A stretch of 64,000 nucleotides of DNA, taken from the NCBI GenBank assembly GCA_048013815.1, contig CM106585.1, positions 6,262,001 to 6,326,000 of the forward strand, read 5' to 3'. Position numbers and translations under genes: made by a program. Numbering within the stretch: position 1 is the first letter of the stretch; every line of letters begins with the position of its first letter. The notes below the pieces were generated by a model, which had not been told where the DNA came from, ran no database searches, and was given only the letters and a program-made list of their open reading frames with translations. Origin of the DNA: Setoptus koraiensis. Taxonomy: Eukaryota; Animalia; Arthropoda. Positions 20,654 to 32,006 of this stretch are shown piece by piece.

Positions 20654-20728
20654 CTGCGGACGTTGCGATATGCGACAAAATGTCGATATGGGACAAGAAT
20701 CAACGGGTAAATTCTCTCGAATGTGAAC

Positions 20729-20878
20729 AAATTCTCGAAATTGCCGACAGTTTCGAAATTCTCGAAATCGCCGACAGTTTCGAAATTCTCGAAATCGCCG
20801 ACAGTTTCGAAATTCTCGAAATTCCCGAACTCTCCGAGAGTTTCGAAAGTTTCGAAATTTCCGAAAGTTTCGAAAGCC
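20729..20878. repeat. Intronic 27-bp tandem repeat AAATTCTCGAAATCGCCGACAGTTTCG x3 plus degenerate 9-bp TTTCGAAAG subunits
   Basis: Units at 20729, 20756 and 20783, partial at 20810; lies inside the 298-nt intron 20654-20951. Confidence 0.95.
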
Positions 20879-20951
20879 TTGATCCGGACGCCGGATTTCG
20901 GGGCGAACGGGTCAGTTATCGAGAATCGGCTGCGGCGGTCAGCAGACTTAC

Positions 20952-21329
20952 GGTTCATGTCCAGTGTGAAGGAGGCCGCCGCTGGGGCGGCCTCGCTGCG
21001 CTCAATCATGCTTGACAGCGACCTGTTTTGGGTTGCTCGGCACTCGAACAGCCGCTTGAAATCGCTCGATTTCAACGGATTTAGAATCAGTTTTGAGCTT
21101 ATCAAATCGGAGAGGTCCTCTCCGTTTGCATTGGAGTTTATCACCTTGAGATTATTATCACTTGATGATGCTGCCGGCTGATCCTGCCAACTAGAGGGCT
21201 GATCCTGCCAACTAGAGGGCTGATTCTGCCAACTAGAGGGGGCGCTTTGCGCGCTGTAGTAATCGGCCGCGGGGGCATCATCGGGGCTAAGTGCACTTCT
21301 ATGCCAGCTCACAGAGGGCACTGGCCAAC
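20952..21329 (-). CDS. Sidestep-family receptor exon: second part of Ig2, with PSSWQ(N/D)Q x3 insertion
   Basis: GWPVPSVSWHR...FKRLFECRATQN...FTLDMN; acceptor CCAG| and donor C|GTAAGT. Confidence 0.92.
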
Positions 21330-21445
21330 CTGGATAGGGGATTGCGCAAACAGGGAGATTTGCGACAGAGTGGTCAGTTTGTTTGCATGTCGCTTGTTAT
21401 ATTTGTCAATGTATCAATTGGGCCCATTCATTGGCGCATACGTAC

Positions 21446-21568
21446 CGTTTTGGGCGCGACAAACAACCTCCAGCGAGTCGCCCTCGTTGTAGGGCCCCAG
21501 GGGGGTGCTCGGGCCGGGCAGGGGCAGGTTTGTTTTGGGGTGCACAATTTCCACCCTGTTCACTGGCA
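21446..21568 (-). CDS. Sidestep-family receptor exon: first part of Ig2
   Basis: VPVNRVEIV...GPYNEGDSLEVVCRAQN; the GPYNEG motif is typical of Side Ig2. Phase 1-1. Confidence 0.92.
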
Positions 21569-21878
21569 CTGTGGCACGGCGGCATCGTTGGCGTTTGGTG
21601 CATTTTGGGTGCATTTTGTGCATTGTTACGTAATCATTGTGGGCATATTTTGGGCGTGCAAGCAAGGGTCACAGTTAGACCAGTTTACCGAATTAGATTT
21701 GCCGAGTTAGATTTGCATCGCCAGACAGGCAGAGATTAATTCAATTCTGGGGCATTATTATTATTTTGGCACGTTTGTCGGGCCGCCGGTGACCGATCGA
21801 ATTGGCCGAATTGGCCACTTTGCCCATTTTGGCGCTTACGTCGCCCGCTTGGAAAGACTCCATTTGGCCGCTACTCAC

Positions 21879-22535
21879 CTATCACATTCAATTTCAAATT
21901 TTGATAAATGGTCCTGGCGAGCTTATAATCAATTCTGCATCTATAATGGCCCGCGTGCGATCTATTCACCCGGTTTATGGTTAAATGCGCCAAGGGGTAC
22001 TGGGTAATGTTGAAATAGACGCTGGCGGTGCCATTATCTGGGGCCGGCAGGCGCCTGGCGCTGCCCACGAAATGGCGCGCTCGCAACAATGTCAGCGGAA
22101 TATCCGACGGCTGCTGTTTGCTGTTGGCCGTGGCCCCAGATAATGAAAATAACGGCGACAATTGGTCGCTGGCGGCGCCAGATTGTCCGTTGGCGCGATT
22201 GTTGTTGGGGTTGGGGCCGCCGATTGGTCGCGCGTCTATTGTGTAAATTGGCTCGGGCTGGTCATCTTTGTACCAAAAAATCAATTTAATTTTATCACCG
22301 CTGTAAGATACAGGCGACAACGATTGATCGTCGAGGCCCGACTCTTGCTGCTGCTGCTGGTCACTTGTGTCGCCCCCGTTGGAACCGCTCGAATTGAATT
22401 GATCCGACTGCTGCTGTTGCTGACTTAATGACCTAATGTCCGTCGCTGATAGGTGAGGCATGAGATTGCAAGGAAGTTGCACCGGCTTGCCGGCGAGCGT
22501 TTCAATGACGGTCTCGCCGTAATCGCCGGCCAGCT
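21879..22535 (-). CDS. Sidestep-family receptor exon: V-set Ig1
   Basis: VQLPCNL...LIFWYKDDQPEPIYTIDAR...ARHF...HAGHYRCRIDYKLARTIYQNLKLNVI; acceptor GGCAG| and donor G|GTGAGT. Confidence 0.95.
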
Positions 22536-22743
22536 CTGCCAGACGCAAGCGAACAAGCGAGTGAGAGAGCCAACGGTGAGCACGAGAGAAAGGCCGGAAA
22601 CGCCGGATAATAATGAACAGCGCGCGAGGGAAGCGCAAACAAAAAAAAAACAAGGGACAGCGAGAGAGTTCGAGACAGGAATTAGCTTTTGATGAGGTGA
22701 TGAGGTAATTATTGTTTGCCAGACATGGCCGCATATTGCTCAC

Positions 22744-22950
22744 CTCTCTTGCTGAGATCGCGCCCGTCCGGCGCCGCGCCGCCATCATTAATAACGCGGC
22801 CCTGGCTGGACGGGGGCGCCGCCACCGGGACCGAGCCGTTGCTCGCCGCCGGCTCCGTGTTCTCCTCCTCCGTGCCATACATCACCGCTGCTGGGTCCTT
22901 GGTTACCTGGTGCCGGCCAATGGTTGCCCTGGGAAAAGTTGGGGCCCCTG
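22744..22950 (-). CDS. Sidestep-family receptor exon: N-terminal unstructured region
   Basis: Open frame AGAPTF...GRDLSKR; tandem AAG/CAG acceptor (22950 or 22947). The donor G|GTGAGC joins in phase to the Ig1 exon. Confidence 0.7.
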
Positions 22951-24819
22951 CTTTTGAGATAGATTGATCACGGTCATTGTTGTTGTCGTCGTCGTTGTTG
23001 TTGATGTTGTTGTCGTCGTCGTTGTTGTTGATGTTGTCGTTGTTGTTGTTGCGGCGGCCGGGGTCGTCGGGCCGGGCCAGACGGGCACGGAAGTGCAAGG
23101 GAGAGCAGACAAGCAAGAGAGACATTGTATGATGAGTAGGGTAGGGCAAATCGGTCACTAAAATCCACCGAAATCGGTCACTAAGATCCACCAAAATCGG
23201 TTATTATGGGAAGGATATAGCATTCTTTCGGTTTTTTGGGGTCTCGATACTTTTGAAACACCATATACAGTGAGTGCAGGGTGCTTCGAGAATCGATGGT
23301 TCTGTTGCGTTTTCCGACAGAGAGCATAATATCAGCGCGACTTTGTTAGGCTGACCGAGGTCAACAAATATCACAAGTTATCAGTGATCAAGTGACTCTC
23401 GGAAACCCCGACAGGGCAGCTTTTCTTTATAATTTGGGCTAAATTTCTACTCTTTTCCATGAAAACCAGCCGTATTTCGGTCCTTATGTGAAAATCGGCG
23501 ATTATGACTCATAATTCATGAGGAAAAGGGGTTAAATTTCGGTTTTTCGGTGACTACAATACGTCTCAAAATCATCCTCATGATAAGAATGATTCGCTTG
23601 ATGAATTTTTTAGGGTTTTGCCATGCACACGAATAGTTGGGCTCGGCACCGATTTGCTGGTTGGTTGCAACCAACCCTAATGATGAGTATTGAGCTAACA
23701 TTGTGTGTGTGCGCGCCGCGGCCATCCATCAATTTGATCACGGACACCGGATATTGCTGGCCGACGAGGCGGCCCTGATGAGGCCCGATTGAATTAGGCG
23801 CTGTCTGTTTGGCCTGGCGAAATATCTGGCGACTAGACAGATATTTCCACATGCAGCCGCTGCTGTGTTTGCCCGCTGCTGTGGCGGCCGCATATCCGCT
23901 GCCAGTTGAGAGGCTGGCGAGTTTGGGGGCCGCCGAGTTTGCAGATCAGCCCGAGAGGGGCCCAAAAGGGTGCGAGTAACTGGCTCTCGTCGCTCGCCAC
24001 ATTCACGTGTGGATACGCCGCCGCCGGCGGCGGCCGAATGCTGTTTGTACTGGCTGCTTTGTCTCGTTTGTGCCTGCTCGACGCAGACACTGGGCCCCTT
24101 GTCGGCTTTCCATCCAGAAGTCGCTCGCCAGCGCTGCGACTGGCCAGAAGTCGCTTGCCAGAAGTCGCTTGCCGGGCGTGCGACCAGCCAGAGGCCGGCC
24201 AGAAGTGGGGCCAGACGCAGACAGCCGGCGGACTTGTTGGCATTGCGAGTGGCGAGACAAGGCAGATAAACGCAAGTCACAAACAGCAGCGAGCGGAATA
24301 AAGTTGAGCCGTTGCGACTCGCGAATCAATCATGCTTGCTCGCCGGCCGACAGGCCAAAACCAAATAACAGCCGGCCGGCCAGACTATCAACAAACCAGA
24401 CAGTCAACAAACAAGAATATTGTACCGATGATATATATAAAAAAGAAGATATGTGTGTTTGTGAAAAACATTATACATTCAAGCCACGTCAATGTCAAAA
24501 TGGGGCCGCTTTTCTTCGCTCAGCTCTTTCAGCTTGCGGCGATTGTTCTATTCACTTATGGCCCGACAGCGAGCCGAGGGAGGGCTCACTTTTGGGGCCT
24601 CTGAGACACATTTAGGCCGTGGGGCCGCGCCGGCCGCTCGCGACCAAGCGGGCGAGTCGCGACCCGCCAGACCAAGCCGACGAGTACGCTGCACAGACGG
24701 CCAGCCATCCAAAGAGATGTTATTGTCGTCGCGGGGAACCGGCAGAAACACATGTAATCTGGGCGAAACGAGGCTCTCGCAATTGGTTGCTGGCCGCCTG
24801 TTTTCCTTGGCGAGACTCT

Positions 24820-24874
24820 GAGAAAATGGAGCCATTTTTGTGCTGGCGGCAGCACAAAAATGGGCCATTTTCTC
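24820..24874. other. Intronic hairpin: 14-bp perfect inner stem plus 10-bp perfect outer stem, 4-nt loop
   Basis: GAGAAAATGG-AG-CCATTTTTGTGCTG-gcgg-CAGCACAAAAATGG-G-CCATTTTCTC. Confidence 0.9.
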
Positions 24875-25148
24875 TGCTCGCTCCCCCTGTCTCCCTATGT
24901 CTGTCGCTCTGTATAACCCTCTGGTGTTAAACTCGTTCTCAGATTGATTGAGAGACGACACGCGCACAATGGGCGCCAAGGAGGGCGCCTCTTTTTTCAT
25001 TTCCATGTCCAGCCGACAGGCGCCGAGGAGCCCGTCGTTTCGCTGGCGAGTTATCTCGCCGGCCAATCATGAATTGAATGAGCGCGGGCAAACAAACAAA
25101 CAAAATCACGGCTACGTGACACGCCGCCCAGACCAAATCAAATTGGCT

Positions 25149-25213
25149 CGTGTGCGTGTGCGTGTGCGTGTGCGTGTGCGTGTGTGTGTGCGTGTGTGTG
25201 TGCGTGTGTGTGT
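25149..25213. repeat. (CGTGTG)n/(GT)n microsatellite
   Basis: Directly visible. Confidence 0.95.
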
Positions 25214-28200
25214 CTGAGGGGCCGGCCTATTGCGACAGGGCTACTCGACAAGCCAACAATGTCTGTCGAGAGCCGCGTCTCGACAATTGGCTTAGCGCGG
25301 TGCCAATGAACCGCCGCCGCCGACAACAACAGCGGCGACACCGACAACGGCGACACCGACAACAACAACACCGACAACAACAACACCGACAACAACAACA
25401 CCGACAACAACCGACGCCAATATCACCGGCGATACGAAAAGCCAATTGAGCCACCACAACAACAACAGCGCCCACAATGGCGACAACTGCCAAAAGAATC
25501 ACACATGAATGAATTCGGCGGACCCCCATTTGCGCGCCCAGGCTTCGGGCGCTCGGCGGCGGCCTCGGCGATCGCTCCAACGATAGCCCCCGGGCCCCAA
25601 TTTTTCCAATCCGCCGGGGCCCACCGATAGCGGTGGCTGGTGTTGGCGTCTTTGCTGGGATACTGTGCAGTCTTGACCTCGCGAGTGCGGTTGCCGGGCG
25701 GGCCCGCTGCGCGAGCTGATCTCGGCGCGATGATCTGGGCGCGCTGGCGCAGCCCGACGTGAACAAATGCGAACAACAATCACGAGAATAATGGCGAGTT
25801 TTTGAGTTTGGAAATTTTCAGAGGGGCGCCCCGCGCTTAGGCGACAAGTTTAAGTGAATGAATTAAATAAAGTAAACCGATCACCGGCGGCGACAACAAT
25901 GGCGAGGCTCGTTACAACTGCTCCAACAGTTTGCACCTCTCGGTGTGTCGGGCCGGCCGGCCCGACTGCGCTTGTATCTGTGCAGTGAGCGTTGTGCAAC
26001 ATTAGCATTAGCGGGGCCCGATGCGCCGATGCGACTAGCGCGACGAGGGTGCGAGCGGCGCACAATGGCTTCGCACGGCGCCCGACAACGTAATGATAAT
26101 AACTCTAATCGTTAAACTATGTGCGCTGTTTGTTACGTCATAAGTCATAAGTCGCATGACTTATGACTGGCGCCGTTGCCGCTGTGTGCAAATGGCGTGC
26201 GTGAACTATGGCACTTTTAGCTGGAGCGGGGGCCAAATTGGGCCCCAGCCCGTAATGCAGCGGCGGCGGCAAACAATCATATTAATTGAATTCGGAGCTG
26301 GCAAAGTTGCTTTGGCTGGCCAATTTCTCGCCGCTGGGGCGCCACTTTTGGCGCCCCGGCCCGGCGCTCAGCTCGGCGCTCGCATCCATCCGCTGAGAAG
26401 TTGCGTTGCGAGAGCTTGCGTCGCGAGACGCATGTTGAGAGTTTATGGGCAGCGGCGGCGGCTTTGGGCCCCAAGTTCGGGGGCGCTCTTTACGGCTAGA
26501 TAATAGTTGGCCTGATTTTGTTTGTTTGTACGCCAGCAGTAATAAAACAAATTGGCGCTGACAAACCCGCTGTCGCACGAGTCCGCTGGCCGACAGTCTG
26601 CTCTGGCGATGCCCCTCGGCCGGCTTCTGGGGCCGCGCCGAAACATTCAAACTGTTCGAGGGGTTCCAATGGCGAGCGGCGCCTTGTTGGCGCATCGCCA
26701 CTGTCGGCTCGGGCACTTGGTCGCATCTTGGAAACTCAAAGTTGGAATGGTGTCGCCATTACAGTGGCTCGGAGTGGGCGCTCGGGGCACGGTGTCGCCG
26801 GGCTTCCGGTTCGGCTACTTCACCTAGTTGACGACTAGTAGTTGCGCCAGTGCCAGCGCCGGGTCCGAATCCGAATGGAATAGTAACGACAACCGACGGC
26901 GGCCGCTCGCAGCGGAGCCCGACGATCTGCCGGCGACGAGGAGGCGCGGACGCGGGCCCCCGGCGCAAATTTGCAAATCGTCGCGACTCGTTTGCATTTG
27001 TTTGCCAGTGTCGGTGTCGCGGGTCGCACAACCGGGCGCCAGAACGGGCGCCAGAGCGGGCGCCACGTCAACGGTGGGCATCGTGTAATGGATCGCTGTC
27101 GAGCCGACCGCATTGCGACCTGGATAATCTGCTCGTCCAATAATTAAGTTGTTTGCCTAATCAGCGCCGCGCATTGTTTGTTGGCGTGCAGGCGGCCGTG
27201 GGCCCCGCTCACCGAATATCCCTGCCGAGAATATCCGCTCTGCCGATGCGGATATTCTCGACTCTTCGGCCTGTTCAGTCTGTTGGCCAGGGGCCCAGTG
27301 AGCCGAGAACGCGCCACAGTCAGTCACTGTCAGTGGCCAGAGACTGTCTGGCGGAGACTCTCGACCGGAGACTCTCGGGCAGTGGGGCCAAAGCAGTGGC
27401 CAAGGCAGTGGGGCTGCCAGTGCGCTGTGATTTATGTTTGGGGCCCCAGCGAGCGGCCAGTTGGCCCGTTCTATTTTGGTTGGCCACTGGCCATTTGCAT
27501 GCCAAGTGAGCCGCTGCCAAGACGCCAAGTCTAGACACTGGACACAGGTACGTCAAGCGGGCCCGACATAGATGCTGGCCCCTAGCGGAGATTATCTCAT
27601 GCTAAGCTGTTATTGCAGCTTGCTGGCTGCTGGTTGCTCGTTGCGATCAACAACGATTGATTGTGTTTGTGTTGTGCGCTGGCCCCGTTTGCCCGTGTCC
27701 TATATACGTACACTCACGGCCATGATACTGTTACATAATACGCCGGCCACTGGCCACTGGCTCCAATCGGGCCCAAAATCAATAACGAGCGCACCGAAAC
27801 AAGCGAGCCAGCGGCCGCCCTGGCCAGTGTGTAAAGTGCCGAGGTTCGCGCCAAACAGTGAGGCCAGCAAACAATAATAATAGCAATAATAATACGACAA
27901 CAACACCAACAACAAACATACCTCGGCTTGGCTCGGCTCGGCGCTGGCAATTGTGCGCGGCAACGGCGATGGTTGCGTCAGCAAATCAACACAGCATGTT
28001 TGTGTGTGTGTCGTACATTTGTCGTTGCTCTCAGGTGAGTGGGGCCAGCGCCGAGATTGCGTTGCCGGTTGCGTAATCCGGCCGCTGCGACTAACGACGA
28101 ATTACAAACCGCCAGACACAACGCGCGCCGGCAACAACGACACCCGGCGAGACACCCGACGCGACGCACAGCGAGCAAACAAGCCAGCAAATGGTGAATA

Positions 28201-28560
28201 TATTATTGCTGTCGGCCCCATAATAAGTTATGTAACTTGTTTGTAGCCCATTGTTGGCTGGCTGGCACGGGCGCAAAGAGGCGCGCAAACAGAGCCCGCG
28301 CTGTAACAAGCGCACCTTTCCAAATGAGCACCCAGGTCGCCCATTGAGACTCACACTAAAATGGGTCTGGCAACTAGATTCGGCCAGACTCAGCCGTGTC
28401 ACTTGGGCCCCAAGGTTTGGGGCCCGATCGCGCCCTTGTCACTGGGTCAGTGACTTGAGTCTAGTCTAGACACCGGACTCTAGTGGCGCCGGCATGATAG
28501 CGTCGTGCTTGATCGGGGCCATTTTTGCTCGATTCGAGCTCCAAGCGGCCACCGGCCCGG

Positions 28561-28600
28561 CCAACATTTGCAAACATTTGCAAACATTTGCAAACATTTT
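28561..28600. repeat. 10-bp tandem repeat CAAACATTTG x4
   Basis: Directly visible; the junctions form TTTGCAAA palindromes. Confidence 0.95.
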
Positions 28601-29609
28601 GCTTGTTGTCGGTCGATATTACGGCCACAAATGCCGAGATGGCGCAAACGGGCGCCAGCCTCTCAGCCTGACAGTCTCAGGCTCAGTGTGAGCCGCTCAG
28701 AATAGTGAAATAATGATGAAGAAATGTATTCGCGCCCCATAATTAGGTGCTGAGCTTGCGTATCTCGGGCAGCCCGGCACCGATTGTGTCCGGCCGACGA
28801 ATGCTCGCCCCACCTGCGGGCCCCATTAGGCGCCATCTACACCTAGCTGCACCCTAAACACTAGCCTCAAACTGAGCCAGCCAGCTACCTCGGCACCCCT
28901 ATCGTCCGATTGCAAAGTTAATTGCAGCTGTCCAGTGGGCCACTGGACTATCCCTCGCCGGGGCGCCAGCTCGACAGTCTCGAATCGAGATCAAACTGAC
29001 TGCGGGACTAGACTGACCGAGCTCACAGCTGATCGCTAGTGTCGCCATAATTGACTTTTGGCAGCTCGGGTCCCGCGCATTGCAACAGTTAAATAGCGGG
29101 CAATAACAAGGCTAGCGAATGGAAAATTTCACTTTCAACGGGATAGAGCCTCTATCATAGAGGGCGCCCATTTGGGCCAACTTGCTAATTGGGCAACTGC
29201 CAACAATAGCTACTAATAACTAATTGCCAACTAAATAACAATCATCGTTATAGCATACCATCGAGTCACTCGATTCGAGTGTGACACAGCGACACCTGTA
29301 CAACATTGCACAAACAATATTTGCACAAACGTGACACAACTCTTATTGCAAGAGACAATCGTTTGTCGATACAAGTTGGGGCCCCAGCAAGCGACAACTT
29401 GTCGCCGACAAGCACTAGCTGCATTGCACAGGCCGGCCCGGCGCAGCTAGCGGCCGGGTCGACCCGGCGGCTCCCGACGGCCACAATAAATAGCGATTGT
29501 TGATGCATGACATTGGCGACATTGTTGCGACTTGCAACGCGCGCGCCACACGATCTCGCACGACGGATTAACTCGCGAACTACGGGCTCGCGTGACCGAA
29601 GCTACTCAC

Positions 29610-29945
29610 CTGGATGCTGGCGCAAAATCGCTTCGCCGGATGGTGTCGATAAGCTCTCGCTGGAGGCTGCAAATGGGCTATTAATTTTGAGTTGGGGCCC
29701 CTCGGCCGCTGAATTATTGCTGGCTGTGAGTTGAGTTCTATCACTGTTTTCGTATTCGTTGTCGTCGGCGTTGTTGTTGTTGCTGTTGTTGTTGCTGTTG
29801 TTGGCGTTGTTGTTGGCGTTGTTGTTGGCGTTGTTGTCACTGTTGTTGGCGTAATTGTCGTTGTACTGCTGCGACAGCGACCGGCAACAGCTCGCCAGAA
29901 GCGTAAGGCACACAATGAAACAAACGACAAGAGTCCCTCGTTCAC
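29610..29945 (-). CDS. Sidestep-family receptor exon 2: signal peptide h-region and Asn-rich tract
   Basis: (R)ERGTLVVCFIVCLTLLASCCRSLSQQ...; acceptor CTTAG|GT and donor CCA G|GTGAGT (phase 1), compatible with the 22950 exon across a 6.7-kb intron. The link is inferred from phase and the need for a signal peptide. Confidence 0.65.
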
Positions 29946-30416
29946 CTAAGATGATTATCTTGTTATTGGTTGTCGTCTTTAAAACAATTGTCTTGCTACT
30001 TTGGCTCGATGCACTTGCTCTTCGTTTGCTTCTTTTTCGCGTTCTCGGGCCCCAACTCGTCGCTGGCGTTGTCGCCCTTGTTTTATCCGTTGCTGCTGCT
30101 GCTGCTGCCGCTGTTTGTGTACTGGCTGGTCGGCCGGCGCTGGCCAATCTGTCAATGTTAGTCAGCTGTTGTGTTGATTGAAATTGCAAAAACGCCAGCG
30201 AGGGGCCCCAATTCCTTCTTCGTTTTCGGCGCCTCATTGTGGCGTCGCCGTTGCCGCTGTTGTTGTGTTGCCTGTCGTTGTTGTCGTTGTTGTAGCCGTT
30301 GCTGTTGCTGCTGTTGTTGTTGTTTTTGTCGTTGTCACATCTTCTTGCTCTTCACTCGCTTCTTCCACTACCATTCTCTTTATTTATATGTACGCGCGCG
30401 CTACTTATGCACTTAC

Positions 30417-30453
30417 GTAATACACCGACAGCACGCTTGACACGCGCCACCAT
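30417..30453 (-). CDS. Sidestep-family receptor, probable first coding exon (MVARVKRAVGVL)
   Basis: ATG in good context (GGCATGG) and donor C|GTAAGT in phase 1. Splicing to 29945 gives a classical signal peptide MVARVKRAVGVLRERGTLVVCFIVCLTLLASCCRSLS. Confidence 0.6.
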
Positions 30454-31495
30454 GCCGGCCACCACAATGGCTCTCGTTGGGCCAGCCCTGCGCTAAGTGA
30501 GCCAACGAGAGCGGGGGCCCCAATGATTAACTGTAGCTACTGCTGCTGCTGCTGCGAAAAACTGGCCCTAAACTGCAGTCGCACAAACAAGATAAACGGA
30601 TAAAATTGTAGAGGTAAAATGGTTAATCGATGGTGCTTGTTAGTCACTTGTTATTCACAACAACATTTACTCTGGCGGCCAGATGAGCGCACGAGACAGA
30701 TAAATAGATAAATAGACGGCGCCCTGGCTGCGTCTTGGCAAGCCTCTGACACGCCCGCCGCCCGCCAGCTCGCTAGTCGCCCGCCAGTCGCCAGCTTGCC
30801 GGCGGCCCGCGACCACCAGCCACCCGGGCACCAGCGGACGCCGGCGCGGGGGCCTCGCGCGCAGCTAAAGCAATTAAATTCACCGAGCCGCCAGGCCAAT
30901 CGGCCGCGCCACCAGCTTCTTGATCAATCTAATTAGGATCGCCATGTGTTGTCTTTTCTGGCAGTTGTTGTTGTTGTTTGCGCTCCCCTCTCCTCCCATC
31001 TCTGGCCGGCCTGCGCCGTCTTTTGCCGCCGCGCTGCGTCCTCTGCCGCCACCCCGACCCGTCTCTTTCCGCCCTCTGCCGCCGGCCCGACGACCGAGCC
31101 CGGCTCCCTCCGAGCCGGACTCCTACGGTGGGAGACTCGCGGGAAGACGCACAAGAGCGCCCGCAGAAGGCTACCCACAGGCGGGCCGAGCCGGCAAGCG
31201 AGCCTCGGGCGCCGGCTAAGCCGCGGATAATCGGACAAATGCCGCCGATCAGCGACGACGTCAGGCGATAAGTCGATAGCCCGATGATAGCTCGACGATT
31301 GCTGGCCGGCGATATGAATGAATGACATGGATTGTCCAGGCCACGGTGCGGCAATGATTAGCGCCGCCCGTCCGCATGCACAACAATATTTGCGCCTGAG
31401 TCGCCACGCTCAATCGGACAATGGTCGCCATGGCGACCCGATCGGCTCCATTTGATCGGCGCCGGCCCGGCCCCAATTGGCCTGGCCCACAATTG

Positions 31496-31599
31496 AATCG
31501 GCTTCGAGAGGCAATCGCCGGCACAATTCGGGGCCCCATTGGCGCACGATTGCAACTGGGGCCCCGAATCGCGCCGACGATTCCCTCTCGAAGCCGAAT
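31496..31599 (-). other. 43-bp-arm imperfect inverted repeat with 18-nt loop (pri-miRNA/hpRNA-sized)
   Basis: 31496-31538 matches the reverse complement of 31557-31599 at 38 of 43 positions. Three of the five differences become G.U pairs on the minus strand. Confidence 0.85.
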
Positions 31600-32006
31600 A
31601 AAATTCTATTAGCCCTGTGTGCCAGGCGAGGGGTATCCAGTGCGTAAACCAGTGTTGTTGCAACTTGCAACATCATCATGGCCTTGAGCAGTGGGCTGTC
31701 GACTGGCGCGAGTTGTCGTAATTGACATCCATGAGTGGCCCACTCATTGGGCCTCACTCGTCGGCGCCCCACTCGTGCTGCGAGACGAGCGGATAATCTG
31801 CAAATAATTACCAATCGATCTCGAGCGATTGGCGTGGGCGGCGCGCGCATTGCTCTGGGCAATATGCGGCCCGCCGGCTCAATATACTGGCGCGGCCGTA
31901 TCGAGGCCATTTGCGGGCCGTATTGGCCGACTAATATGACGTAACTGTGCAAATGGGAGCGCGATATATAAACTGCGCGCACTTTCATGCGGCCACTGAT
32001 ACTCAC

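Noticed and set aside
20729-20878. Regular repeats superficially like a CRISPR array (also 35506-35646)
   Set aside because: Head-to-tail repeats with no unique spacers, no cas genes and a eukaryotic context.
20010-21181. Plus-strand 150-240 aa ORFs with FEILEIADS/FSKSPTVSK repeats
   Set aside because: Antisense to Sidestep exons and read through the intronic 27-bp repeat.
30234-30374. 46-codon uORF overlapping ATG 30237 as a constitutive translational control
   Set aside because: In the better-supported splice model it is intronic; kept only as part of the alternative-isoform hypothesis.
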